The position numbers and the translations under genes are program-made. Below, in pieces: positions 1 to 9,485 of a DNA stretch of 64,000 bases; within the stretch, counting starts at the first letter, position 1; every line of letters begins with the position of its first letter. Origin of the DNA: Coraliomargarita sp. (GTDB lineage Bacteria; Verrucomicrobiota; Verrucomicrobiia; Opitutales; Coraliomargaritaceae). Below the pieces are notes generated by a model. That model made no database searches. It saw only the letters and a program-made list of their open reading frames with translations, and was not told the DNA's origin. The stretch spans positions 1,280,001 through 1,344,000 of the forward strand of contig OZ244160.1 in the NCBI GenBank assembly GCA_965216325.1, in the 5' to 3' direction.

Positions 1-1031
1 CGCCACTGATCATCAAAAACATCATCGATATCACCGAGAGTGATCAGCGTCAGGGCGTGATGATTTTCAGCGCCTCGGTGAAACATGCCCAAGAGATTTT
101 AGAATACCTGCCCGAGGGCCAAGCACGCCTCGTGGTCGGTGACACTGAAGTCAGCGAGCGCGATGAAATCGTTGAAGCCTTCAAACAACGATCCTTCATA
201 TATCTGGTCAACGTCTCCGTCTTGACGACCGGCTTCGATGCCGCGCATGTTGATGTGATCGCGATACTGCGCCCCACCGAATCGATCAGTCTCTATCAAC
301 AAATCATCGGCCGCGGCCTACGTTTGGATAGCGGTAAGAAGGATTGTCTCGTCCTCGATTACACCGGCATGGGCCACAGCATCTTCAGCCCCGAGATTGG
401 CGACAAGAAACCGGCTTCTGAATCCGTCCCCGTGCAAGTGCCCTGCCCAGAGTGTGGCTTCGTCAACGACTTCTGGGGCATCCTCGACGATGAGGGCAAT
501 CTAGTGGAACACTTCGGACGCAAGTGCCGCGGCGGACAAGTCAATCCACAGACCTACGAGTTCACGCCCTGTAACTACCGCTTTCGCTTCAAAATCTGCA
601 ATCAATGCGGCGCTGAAAACGACATCGCCGCGCGTGAATGTAACCGCTGCGGCAGCGTGCTAATCGATGCCGATGAAAAGCTCAAACAAGCACGACTCTC
701 TAAAGACGCCCACGTGCTCACACCCGATACCATCGAAATGCTCGAGCGCGTCGACAAACGCGGCACCCCCTACCTGCAGGTAAAGTATTACGATTACGAC
801 GCCCAGTTCGTCTCCGAAATGCACTACTTGAACAACGCCACCAGCCTGAAAAAATTTTCGATCAATTTCCTAAGGTCGCACCTGCGCCAACCGGAACGAA
901 AGCCCAAGGTTCAGTCGGTAGACGACGTGATTCAAATCCAATCCCAACTCCGCATGCCTGCCTTCGTGATCGCCCGCAAGCAAGGCAAGTTCTGGAAGGT
1001 CACCGAGAAAATATTCAGCGAGGAACTGTGA
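1..1031 (+). CDS. radD: DEAD/DEAH-box DNA repair helicase, RadD/YejH-like (5' part outside window)
   Basis: Helicase C-terminal motifs ([18 protein letters not shown]) followed by Cys-pair Zn fingers (CPEC, CNQC..CNRC); frame runs in from the window start. Confidence 0.8.
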   Translation, partial: PLIIKNIIDITESDQRQGVMIFSASVKHAQEILEYLPEGQARLVVGDTEVSERDEIVEAFKQRSFIYLVNVSVLTTGFDAAHVDVIAILRPTESISLYQQIIGRGLRLDSGKKDCLVLDYTGMGHSIFSPEIGDKKPASESVPVQVPCPECGFVNDFWGILDDEGNLVEHFGRKCRGGQVNPQTYEFTPCNYRFRFKICNQCGAENDIAARECNRCGSVLIDADEKLKQARLSKDAHVLTPDTIEMLERVDKRGTPYLQVKYYDYDAQFVSEMHYLNNATSLKKFSINFLRSHLRQPERKPKVQSVDDVIQIQSQLRMPAFVIARKQGKFWKVTEKIFSEEL

Positions 1032-1050
1032 CCAGAAGACGATAAATTTT

Positions 1051-1115
1051 AGCCACGGATTCACGCGGATGGTCACGGATCTTACAATACGAGTCATCCG
1101 TGAAAATCCGTGGCT
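1051..1115. repeat. Palindromic CACGGAT/ATCCGTG repeat element
   Basis: AGCCACGGAT-TCACGCGGAT-GGTCACGGAT ... ATCCGTGAAA-ATCCGTGGCT; outer 10 bp are a perfect inverted repeat. Confidence 0.75.
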
Positions 1116-1125
1116 TACTTTTTAT

Positions 1126-2426
1126 GGCTATTCGTAAAATCTTGTGAAGGAAGCGGTATAGATGTTCAAGACAGAGATGACATCACAGGAAGAACACTAC
1201 GAGCAACTATTGGGTTTGAGCGGAGCTTGGAAGGTATCCGCAGTGCAATTGGATTTAGGAGCTAAGCGTGTAGTGGTCGAGATTTACTATGACTTGTCAC
1301 AGTCGCTGGAGTGTCCTGAGTGCGGAGGAGTCTGCCCTCACTATGACGACCGGGAGATGCGTGAATGGCGTCACCTGGACACAATGCAGTTTGAAACGAT
1401 CCTGCGCTGTGAGGTGCCTCGCTGCAATTGCCCGGAACATGGCGTGAAGACCGTTCGTGTGCCTTGGGCAGGGAAAGGCTCAAGATTTACTCTGCTGTTC
1501 GAGTCCTTTGCCATAGACGTGCTTCAGGCCTGTTCGAGCGTGAAGGCCGCAGCTGAGTCAATGGGGCTAAACTGGCATCAGGTAAATGAGATCAGGCGTC
1601 GTGCAGTGGCCAGGGGGCTGGAGCGAAGACAGGCCGTGCCAGTCAATTACTTGGGCATTGATGAGAAGAGTTTTCGCAAGGGACACAACTACATCAGTCT
1701 GTTGACCGATCTGGATCGCAGTCGGGTTCTGGATGTCGCCGAAGGTCGCGACGAGTCGGCATGCGACAAGCTCTTTGAGGGGCTAACCGAAGAGCAGCTA
1801 AAGGTAGTCAAAGCAGTCGCTATGGATATGTGGCGTGCCTATATCAAGGCCGCTGAATCCCACTTACCCGATGCGGACATCGTGCATGACCGCTTCCACA
1901 TCAGCGCGCACCTGAATCAGGCAATCGACAAGGTGCGTCGGCAAGAACACAAAGTCCTCTCCAGCCAGAACGACGACACGCTCAAGAAGATTAAATATCT
2001 CTGGCTGACGGGCTTTGAGAACCTCAGCGAAGAGATGCAGGTTCGCTTTGACCAGCTGCAGTCGCTCGGGTTGAAGGTGGGTCGTGCCTACGCGATCAAG
2101 GAAACCTTCGACCACTTTTGGGACTACACGTATCCGGCCTGCGCACGGAAGTTCTTTAACAAGTGGTATGGGTGGGCTCGCCGCAGCAAACTCGACCCCG
2201 TCAAACGCGTCGCCAAAATGATCAAAGAACACTTCGAGAACATCATCACCTATCTGAAACACCGAATCACCAATGCGGCAACAGAAGGCTTTAACGGTGT
2301 TATCCAAAGCATCAAAGCAAACGCCAGAGGCTTCAGGAGCTTTGAGAACTACAGAGTCGCCATCCTGTTCCAATGCGGAAAACTAGACCTCAACCCCTGA
2401 TTCCTCACAGGAATTTACGAAGAACC
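1126..2426 (+). mobile_element. ISL3-family insertion sequence
   Basis: Imperfect terminal IRs GGCTATTCGTAAAATCTTGTGAAGGA (1126) and TTCCTCACAGGAATTTACGAAGAACC (to 2426) around one transposase; no target duplication visible. Confidence 0.9.
1162..2400 (+). CDS. ISL3-family transposase
   Basis: CPEC/CPEH Zn finger, LGIDE, AMDMW, DRFH and TNAATEGFN motifs. Confidence 0.95.
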   Translation: MFKTEMTSQEEHYEQLLGLSGAWKVSAVQLDLGAKRVVVEIYYDLSQSLECPECGGVCPHYDDREMREWRHLDTMQFETILRCEVPRCNCPEHGVKTVRVPWAGKGSRFTLLFESFAIDVLQACSSVKAAAESMGLNWHQVNEIRRRAVARGLERRQAVPVNYLGIDEKSFRKGHNYISLLTDLDRSRVLDVAEGRDESACDKLFEGLTEEQLKVVKAVAMDMWRAYIKAAESHLPDADIVHDRFHISAHLNQAIDKVRRQEHKVLSSQNDDTLKKIKYLWLTGFENLSEEMQVRFDQLQSLGLKVGRAYAIKETFDHFWDYTYPACARKFFNKWYGWARRSKLDPVKRVAKMIKEHFENIITYLKHRITNAATEGFNGVIQSIKANARGFRSFENYRVAILFQCGKLDLNP

Positions 2427-3078
2427 GAAAATTATAACCATAACCAACTTGACCACGAAACTCTGAAATATGCTTTCCATGAATATGAGTCTCTTGATCA
2501 TAGCTTGAAAATGCACCTAGCAATTTGGCCTGTCTCTCTACTGTTTCCATCGAAAAACTCTGAATACAGTCATTCTTAGTGCCTTCATCGATTCGAAATC
2601 CCATAAACGCTTCTATTTGAGAGAACAAGTAAGGCCAGTCATCAAAAAAATCTTCATAGCGAAGTATCAGCGCTCGCGAGTTACCCTTTAGATTCAACAA
2701 ATCCCACATTCCATTCCGGTCAAACTCTTGAATTTGTTCATCTACAACTTCAACCGTTGGTTGTTGTTCATAGCGCTGAATCGATGAAGCAATACTGTCC
2801 AACGGATTGCGAATACTAGCAACGACCTTGGGGCTCATAAAATCGGACTTCCGACGCGTATCGTAACAATGGACTTTCATCACTTCGTGCTTTGGACACA
2901 CTGTCCTTAAGACGTTCCAAAGCAGAGTGCTTCCAGTTCGAGGAGGGCTGAATTGTATCAACCTCGGACTCCGAACTTCCCTGATATAACGTATGATTTT
3001 TTTCACACCTAAAACACCGATCAACCCGTTAAGAAAAGCGAATTTAAGATCAAATTCCCTCGAGATAAACCATAACAT
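2427..3078 (-). pseudogene. Sulfotransferase-domain protein, 3' end cut by ISL3
   Basis: PAPS-binding loop SPPRTGSTLL and LRYED; no stop before the ORF enters the IS right end (reads to 2383); start uncertain. Confidence 0.7.
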
Positions 3079-4093
3079 CTGCTCGAACTTCATCCTGATA
3101 CTTGGAAAAACTTGCACATAAAGAGCGATACTTCGCATCCAACTCCAAACGACGATTCAGCTTAACCAATGCCTTTTGATCCTTCAACAGCCGACAAGCA
3201 AACCGCTTAATACGATAACGGACTCGAACAGGGAGCGACAACGGTCGATGCGAATGCTCGAAATAACAGTTCAAATCAGCTCCCTCCATCCAGTTCGGAC
3301 GCAAACGTTCCAACCACAACTGGAAATACAAAAAAGTGCCCTCTGGTCGCTTTCCAAGCCAAGGCTTAAAATAAGTTATGAAATGATAGTTTACACCATT
3401 CAACTCCAACTCATTCATACAAACACCTCGGGCATCTGAATTCCAAACTTCTGGAAGAAACTGCACGCGCCCCTTCAAAATATAATTTAGTGCGGTCTGA
3501 TCCCAACAACGACAAACACTAGGATCCCGCTCGATTAAATCCATCGTCAAGCGCCCAACATTCGCCTTACGCCAATAAGCCAGATCAATTAGCATGACAC
3601 CGGAATTGAAATAAGGTAATGCTCCCTCTGACTCATCATGAGGCCATGGACAATCATCGCGCAGCAATGGAACCACCTGATCTTGAACCACCATAGCACA
3701 CTTCCCAGGAGCAAACTCTCGCTGCCACAACCAAGCGAGATCAAGACCGATCAAGATATCAGAATCAATATATATCACACGCTTGAGATCGACTAACTGA
3801 GGCAGCAACAAACGAGCATAGGCCATCGGGCTCGCATGCAATTCCGACACCCGAAAACCATCAAACAGATTGAGATCAATAACGTGACGAATACAGACAA
3901 CATCAGCACATCGACGCTCCAACACATCGCATAGAAAAGCGTAATCCACATCCTCAAGACCACCATCCAATACGTGCACCACTGGCCGATAAGCCTCACT
4001 CAAATGCGCAAGTGCGCTATCTAAGGTCACCAACAACCCATAGAAATAATGCGTATCTGCACCTGAAACGATGTGAATTTCATCCTTTAACAT
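3050..4093 (-). CDS. Glycosyltransferase family 8
   Basis: YARLLLP, IYIDSD (DxD), YFNSGVMLIDL, DQTALN, HF..KPW. Confidence 0.9.
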   Translation of the reverse strand: MLKDEIHIVSGADTHYFYGLLVTLDSALAHLSEAYRPVVHVLDGGLEDVDYAFLCDVLERRCADVVCIRHVIDLNLFDGFRVSELHASPMAYARLLLPQLVDLKRVIYIDSDILIGLDLAWLWQREFAPGKCAMVVQDQVVPLLRDDCPWPHDESEGALPYFNSGVMLIDLAYWRKANVGRLTMDLIERDPSVCRCWDQTALNYILKGRVQFLPEVWNSDARGVCMNELELNGVNYHFITYFKPWLGKRPEGTFLYFQLWLERLRPNWMEGADLNCYFEHSHRPLSLPVRVRYRIKRFACRLLKDQKALVKLNRRLELDAKYRSLCASFSKYQDEVRADVMVYLEGI

Positions 4094-4203
4094 TTGCCGA
4101 AAGAGAACACATCCTTAGAAGGCAACCAAGACATTTAGGCTAAAAATAGACCAAAGCATACAAACTAACACGGGTGCACACATGTACAAAAGAACGCTAC
4201 AAA

Positions 4204-5121
4204 ATGAAAATCAGCGTCTTAATAAACAACTACAATTACGGAAACTACCTAGATGAATGCCTGAGCTCAGTCTTCGCACAGACGCTCCAAGCCCATGAGA
4301 TAATTGTAGTTGATGACGGTTCCACCGATGATTCCGTCGAAAAACTCAAACCTTATTGCGCACACATCAAACTGATTCAGCAATCTAACCAAGGGCAGGC
4401 AGCAGCAATGGCGACCGCTACACTTGCGGCAACTGGCGACCTCTTTTGCTACCTAGACTCTGACGATAAATGGCGCCCCGCACACCTTAAAAGAATCTAC
4501 ACAGCCTTCCAAAGACCTGAAGCACCAGACATGGTCTATACCAACCTTGAATCGTTTGACCAAGCTTCTGGATTACACGGAACCTCCGACGTCATACTCA
4601 CCCAAGATACGTTCATACCTACAAGTCAACAATTGGCATTCTGTAGAATATTTGTCGGAGCCCCCACGTCAGCAATTGCCATTAAAGCAAGCTACGCACG
4701 CAGTCTATTTGCACCGAAGCACATCCACCAACTCATTGCTACTTGCGGTAAAGTAAATGGGGACGAAATCCTAATTTACGGCTCCTCTCTTATCGGCTGC
4801 GCGAAATTAGCACTGGCTGAGCCAACTGCTAGCTATCGAATTCACGGACAAAACAACTATTTCGGCATCCGTCAAAGTTTGCAAGACAAGCAACGGAAAG
4901 AACGCATCATACGGCTAATCGCCGAGCAACACTCTGTCCGTCGCTGCATGCGTAGCCTACAAGCTGAGCTAATTAAAAACTCCCCCCACCTACCACACAC
5001 ACACACCTACAAACGAGGCTACCTAAAAGCACCGCGACGACTAGGCCTAACAGGCATCAGAAAATACTACTGGAAATTTCGCCTGAAGCAGACCTACACA
5101 AAATACGCATCTCACACCTGA
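4204..5121 (+). CDS. Glycosyltransferase family 2
   Basis: ISVLINNYNY, VVDDGSTD, YLDSDD. Confidence 0.9.
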   Translation: MKISVLINNYNYGNYLDECLSSVFAQTLQAHEIIVVDDGSTDDSVEKLKPYCAHIKLIQQSNQGQAAAMATATLAATGDLFCYLDSDDKWRPAHLKRIYTAFQRPEAPDMVYTNLESFDQASGLHGTSDVILTQDTFIPTSQQLAFCRIFVGAPTSAIAIKASYARSLFAPKHIHQLIATCGKVNGDEILIYGSSLIGCAKLALAEPTASYRIHGQNNYFGIRQSLQDKQRKERIIRLIAEQHSVRRCMRSLQAELIKNSPHLPHTHTYKRGYLKAPRRLGLTGIRKYYWKFRLKQTYTKYASHT

Positions 5122-5124
5122 TCC

Positions 5125-5709
5125 ATGGATAACGTCTGGCTCAACTCGGCCCTCTTAAACACACGGCCCTCGACCGCCATCTTCGCCGACCGCGATGGCA
5201 CCCTCATCCGTCATGTCGACTACATCAGCGACCCCGAGCAAGTCGAACTACTGCCCGGTGTCAAAGACAGCGTCCACCGACTCCTCGACCGCGACACACC
5301 CTTCTTCATCCTAACCAATCAGTCCGGCGTCGGGCGAGGCTACTTCCCCATCGAACAGGTCCATGCCTGCCAAAAACGCCTCTTTGAACTACTGGAACTC
5401 CAACCCACCGATATTGCAGGCTGGTGTATCGCGCCGGAAGCCCCCAGCGAGACAGGCGGCTACCGCAAACCCTCACCTCGCTTCATAGACGAAGCCTGCC
5501 AACACCTAAACGTCTCCCCAAAGCAGTGCCACATGATCGGTGACACTCTGGTCGACCTTGAAACTGCATGGGCCAGCGGCGCCCATGCGTGGGCCGTAGA
5601 ATGCGGCAAGCCCCAACTGCCCCAAGCACACCAGCAGCACCAACTCACCGGCGGCCCCTACAGCATACGCAAAGACTTCGCGGGCTGTATCAGCGAAATT
5701 ATAGGCTAG
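5125..5709 (+). CDS. gmhB: D,D-heptose-1,7-bisphosphate phosphatase
   Basis: HAD motif DRDGTL, TNQSGVGRG, RKP, MIGD; heptose cluster context. Confidence 0.85.
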   Translation: MDNVWLNSALLNTRPSTAIFADRDGTLIRHVDYISDPEQVELLPGVKDSVHRLLDRDTPFFILTNQSGVGRGYFPIEQVHACQKRLFELLELQPTDIAGWCIAPEAPSETGGYRKPSPRFIDEACQHLNVSPKQCHMIGDTLVDLETAWASGAHAWAVECGKPQLPQAHQQHQLTGGPYSIRKDFAGCISEIIG

Positions 5710-5774
5710 TCTCTGCTCAAGAATCACTGATACTGGAACTTTTCACAGTTTTCAGCATCTTTCCCGTTCGAATT

Positions 5775-6773
5775 ATGAGCACAGGTAAATACACTCTCGT
5801 CACCGGCGGCGCCGGCTTTATCGGCAGCGCGCTGGTGCACGCACTCAACCAAGAGGGCATGACCGACATCGTCATCTCCGACATCCTCGGCACCGACGAG
5901 AAATTCAAAAACCTCGTGCCGCTGCGCTATGCGGACTACCTCGAAGCCGACGACCTGATCGACCTGCTGGAAGAAGAGCCGGACTATCTCGACCAATTCG
6001 ACACCATTTTCCACCTCGGAGCCTGCTCGGCGACGACCGAAAAAGACGCCAGCTACCTGATTCGCAACAATTACGAATACACCAAGGTGCTCGCCAACCT
6101 GTCCATCGAACGAGGTATTCGCTTCGTTTACGCCTCCAGCGCCGCGACTTACGGCGACGGCAGCCAAGGTATGGACGACCGCCTCGAAGACCTCCACACC
6201 CTCAATCCGCTCAACATGTATGGCTACTCGAAGCACATGTTCGACCTGTATGCACAGCGCATGGGCTGGCTCGACGAAATCGTTGGCCTGAAATACTACA
6301 ATGTCTTCGGCCCCAATGAGGCTCACAAGGGCGACATGCGCAGCCTCGTCGCCAAGTCTTACGAACAAATTCAGTCCACCGGCGAAATTGGTCTCTTCAA
6401 GAGCTACCACCCGGACTACACCGACGGCAACCAGATGCGCGACTTCCTCTACGTCAAAGATGCCGTCGCCATGACACTGCACCTGGCACGCACACCGGAT
6501 GCCAACGGCCTCTTCAACCTCGGCAGTGGCCAGGCCAACACTTGGAACACCCTCGCCGAAGCGATCTTTGCCGCGCTCGAGTTGGAGCCCAACATCCGCT
6601 ACATCGACATGCCCGATCAACTAAAGGGCAAATACCAATATTACACCTGCGCCGACACTGGAAAATTACGCGAAACCGGATACACCAACGAAGGCTATAC
6701 CCTTCAGGATTCCGTGAAAGACTACGTGCAAAACTACCTCGTCACCGGCAAGCACCTAGGGCAGGAAGGCTAA
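5775..6773 (+). CDS. hldD: ADP-L-glycero-D-manno-heptose 6-epimerase
   Basis: TGGAGFIGS, HLGACSAT, YASSAATYG, YGYSK; ATG 5775 preferred over the longer ORF. Confidence 0.95.
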   Translation: MSTGKYTLVTGGAGFIGSALVHALNQEGMTDIVISDILGTDEKFKNLVPLRYADYLEADDLIDLLEEEPDYLDQFDTIFHLGACSATTEKDASYLIRNNYEYTKVLANLSIERGIRFVYASSAATYGDGSQGMDDRLEDLHTLNPLNMYGYSKHMFDLYAQRMGWLDEIVGLKYYNVFGPNEAHKGDMRSLVAKSYEQIQSTGEIGLFKSYHPDYTDGNQMRDFLYVKDAVAMTLHLARTPDANGLFNLGSGQANTWNTLAEAIFAALELEPNIRYIDMPDQLKGKYQYYTCADTGKLRETGYTNEGYTLQDSVKDYVQNYLVTGKHLGQEG

Positions 6774-6780
6774 AGAAAGG

Positions 6781-6876
6781 CTGACAGCTGAGACTTGAAA
6801 CCTGAAAGACTTCTCTAAGCCAAGCTTTCAAACTCAGCACTCACTTAAGTCTAATACCTCAAGTTTCATCCTTCAA
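6781..6876. repeat. Degenerate heptamer array (CTGAGAC/TTGAAAC/CTGAAA and inverse)
   Basis: GCTGAGACTTGAAACCTGAAA then inverse units; same family at 7394-7414 and 9064-9480. Confidence 0.7.
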
Positions 6877-7374
6877 ATGAATCTTCCAAATCCAAAACTG
6901 CTTTCAATCGACGACGCAATTGTTGCTCGCGACGCCTTGCGTAGAGCCGGTAAAACCATGGTCATGACCAATGGTTGCTTCGACCTACTGCATGTTGGGC
7001 ACATTTCCTACCTACAGAAAGCCAAGACACTCGGCGACGAGTTATGGGTGCTCATTAACAGCGATGACAGCGTGCGCGCCCTAAAAGGCCCCACTCGCCC
7101 AATCGAAAGCGAAGCCGAACGCGCCTACTGCCTCGCAGCTCTCAGCTGTATCGACCGCATCGTCATCTTCAACTCCCCTCGCATCGTCGAAGAAATCCAG
7201 CTGCTCAAGCCGGACATCTACACCAAAGCGGGCGACTATACGATTGAAACCCTGCACCAGGGCGAACGCCAAGCCTTCGAAAGCGTCGGCAGCCAGATCA
7301 AATTCCTGCCTTTCCTTGAGGGCTTCAGCACCACTAAGATGATCGAGAAAATCAACCGTGCAGGAGGCCTCTAG
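6877..7374 (+). CDS. hldC: Heptose-1-phosphate adenylyltransferase (RfaE domain II, stand-alone)
   Basis: TNGCFDLLHVGH, NSDDSVRALKGPTRP, GFSTT. Confidence 0.9.
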   Translation: MNLPNPKLLSIDDAIVARDALRRAGKTMVMTNGCFDLLHVGHISYLQKAKTLGDELWVLINSDDSVRALKGPTRPIESEAERAYCLAALSCIDRIVIFNSPRIVEEIQLLKPDIYTKAGDYTIETLHQGERQAFESVGSQIKFLPFLEGFSTTKMIEKINRAGGL

Positions 7375-7422
7375 GCTTCACCGCCACTCACGCCTCAAGT
7401 TTCAGGTCTCAGCATTCACACA

Positions 7423-7986
7423 ATGTCCCTCACACAAACAGATTACACCGAGCTGCAAAATACGCTCAATGCCTTTGCCGCCGAACTCGCCACCGTGGAA
7501 GCCATCGGCAAACTCATCGTCGAACGCCTCCGCGCAGGCAGCACCGTCTTCGCCTGTGGCAACGGCGGCAGCGCAACTGACTCGATGCACCTGTGTGAAG
7601 AGCTCGTAGGGCGCTACCGAGGCGACCGTCGCCCACTCCCTGCAGTCTCACTGAACACGGATACCTCCGTCCTCACCTGCATCGCAAACGACTACGGCTA
7701 CGACGTCATTTTCTCACGCCAAATCGAAACCTTGGGCAAAGCAGGCGACATCCTCGTAGGCTTCTCCACCAGCGGCAACTCTGAGAACATCTACCAAGCC
7801 TTCGAGGCAGCCAAGGCCAAGGGCGTGACCACCATCCTCCTCGGCGGCAAAGACGGCGGAAAGATCAAAGCAATCGCGGACCACTCGATCATCGTGCCGA
7901 GTAATAACACCGCACGTATCCAAGAACTGCATACATTCATCCTGCACAACTGGCTCGAACACGTCGAAGTCGAAGACTGGTCATGA
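7423..7986 (+). CDS. gmhA: Sedoheptulose-7-phosphate isomerase
   Basis: CGNGGSA, ANDYGY, STSGNS, RIQELH. Confidence 0.95.
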   Translation: MSLTQTDYTELQNTLNAFAAELATVEAIGKLIVERLRAGSTVFACGNGGSATDSMHLCEELVGRYRGDRRPLPAVSLNTDTSVLTCIANDYGYDVIFSRQIETLGKAGDILVGFSTSGNSENIYQAFEAAKAKGVTTILLGGKDGGKIKAIADHSIIVPSNNTARIQELHTFILHNWLEHVEVEDWS

Positions 7987-8008
7987 TACAGCTAAAATTC
8001 CAAGTTCA

Positions 8009-8075
8009 GGTAGGGTTCGTTATCCCTAACGAGCCGCCACAGATTTCGGCACGATAAGGATATCGCGCCCTACCG
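8009..8075. repeat. GTAG-family REP doublet (REPIN-like)
   Basis: GGTAGGG...CCCTACC; right arm 8047-8075 identical over 29 bp to 28598-28626. Confidence 0.8.
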
Positions 8076-8085
8076 TTACAGCACC

Positions 8086-9063
8086 ATGCCTTTGGACATC
8101 CCAGCAACCTTAGCAAAGTTCTCGAAACTCAACATTGTCGTGATCGGCGACATCATGCTCGACCACTACATCATGGGCGATGCCACTCGCATATCCCCGG
8201 AAGCCCCAGTCCCAGTCGTCTCTGTTGCGACCGATAAATACGTGCCGGGCGGAGCGGCCAATGTCGCCAACAACCTTGCGGGCATCGGCGTGCCAACCAC
8301 CCTACTCGGCAGCTACTGCAAGGATCACGAAAGCGCTCGCCTACGCGAAATGCTCGGTGCGAAACAAATCGACCTCTCCACCCTTGGCGAAAAAGACGGC
8401 ATCGCCACGATTTTGAAAACCCGTGTCGTCGTTCAGCGCCAACAACTCTGTCGTATCGACCGCGAGGATAAACCCGCGACCTATGCACTCGATCACCTAT
8501 TCGACCAACCTGACTTTCTGCGCCTGATCGAAGAGGCCAACGCCATTCTGTTTTCCGATTACGCTAAAGGCGTCGTCAACGACCAGCTTCTCAGCACGGT
8601 GCGCACCCATCTCGCGGAGCAGGGCAAACAACCGCTACTCGTCGTCGACCCCAAGCCGAAGCGCCACCTGGACCTCTCCGGCATGGGCCTCATGACCCCG
8701 AACCGTATGGAAGCGCTGCAAATGGCTGGCTTCGACCACAGCTCCGACGCCGAGTTCGACGACGAGGCAGTCTGCAAAGCGATCTTCGACGCGCACAATC
8801 CCGAGAAACTCATCATCACCCTTGGAGCCGACGGCATGCTTCTCGGCGAGAAAGGCAAAATCATCGGCCGCATCGCCACCGAAGCCCGCGAGGTCTTCGA
8901 CGTCTCCGGCGCTGGCGACACTGTAATCTCCGTGCTCACCGCAGCACTCGCAGCAGGCGAGTCACTCGAAGACGCCGCCAAACTCGCCAATAAGGCAGCC
9001 GGTATCGTCGTCGGCCACCTCGGCACTGCACCGATTAGCTCTGAAGAGCTAATGGAGGGATGA
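8086..9063 (+). CDS. hldA: Heptose-7-phosphate kinase (RfaE domain I, stand-alone)
   Basis: GDIMLD, RISPEAPVPV, GGAANVA, DVSGAGDT. Confidence 0.9.
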   Translation: MPLDIPATLAKFSKLNIVVIGDIMLDHYIMGDATRISPEAPVPVVSVATDKYVPGGAANVANNLAGIGVPTTLLGSYCKDHESARLREMLGAKQIDLSTLGEKDGIATILKTRVVVQRQQLCRIDREDKPATYALDHLFDQPDFLRLIEEANAILFSDYAKGVVNDQLLSTVRTHLAEQGKQPLLVVDPKPKRHLDLSGMGLMTPNRMEALQMAGFDHSSDAEFDDEAVCKAIFDAHNPEKLIITLGADGMLLGEKGKIIGRIATEAREVFDVSGAGDTVISVLTAALAAGESLEDAAKLANKAAGIVVGHLGTAPISSEELMEG

Positions 9064-9480
9064 AAGCTGAGACGTGAAACCTGAAATTTCTATAGTCACA
9101 CAAAACTTTCAATCTTTAGCCCTCCACCATCAATCACTCAAGCTTCAGGCTTCTAACTCACCCCTCCTTTAATGAACCATCAGGATTTAAGAGCACGAAC
9201 AAAGCGATTCGCGGGCATGATCGTCAGATTCTATGTAGGTTTGGACAAGCGGGCGAGCGAACTTTCTATCTTTGTCACAATGGCCAAGAACACTAAGCAG
9301 AAAAGAAGGCTGAAACCTGAGACTTGAAGCTTGAAAATTATTTTTCTCAGAAAAATTTCAGCCTTCAAAATATTCAAGTTTCAGGTTTCGAGCTCAGCAT
9401 TTCTTCAACTTTTCACTCAAGTCTCAAACTCAGGCTTCATTCCTCACAAAAACTCAGGTTTCAAGTTTCAAACTCAGCCC
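9064..9480. repeat. Inverted heptamer arrays flanking a four-helix-bundle remnant
   Basis: CTGAGAC/CTGAAAC units followed by many GTTTCAG/GTTTCAA/GTCTCAA/CTCAG units. Confidence 0.75.
9172..9327 (+). pseudogene. Internally deleted four-helix-bundle (TIGR02436/bAvd-like) protein, 51 aa
   Basis: Translates MNHQDLRARTKRFAGMIVRFYVGLDKR-ASELSIFVTMAKNTK...; resembles the first and last helices of the family joined together; recognised by eye only. Confidence 0.6.
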
Positions 9481-9485
9481 TCCCA

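Noticed and set aside
5724..6620. Long antisense ORFs (also 9510-10487, 41771-42520 and others)
   Set aside because: Shadows of well-supported genes caused by codon bias
9064..9480. CRISPR array
   Set aside because: Units are degenerate 7-mers in both orientations with no constant repeat-spacer period, and no cas genes are present
9324..9485. N-terminal extension of the aminotransferase (likewise 5568-5774 for hldD)
   Set aside because: Translation of repeats or of an overlapping gene; family similarity starts at the later ATG
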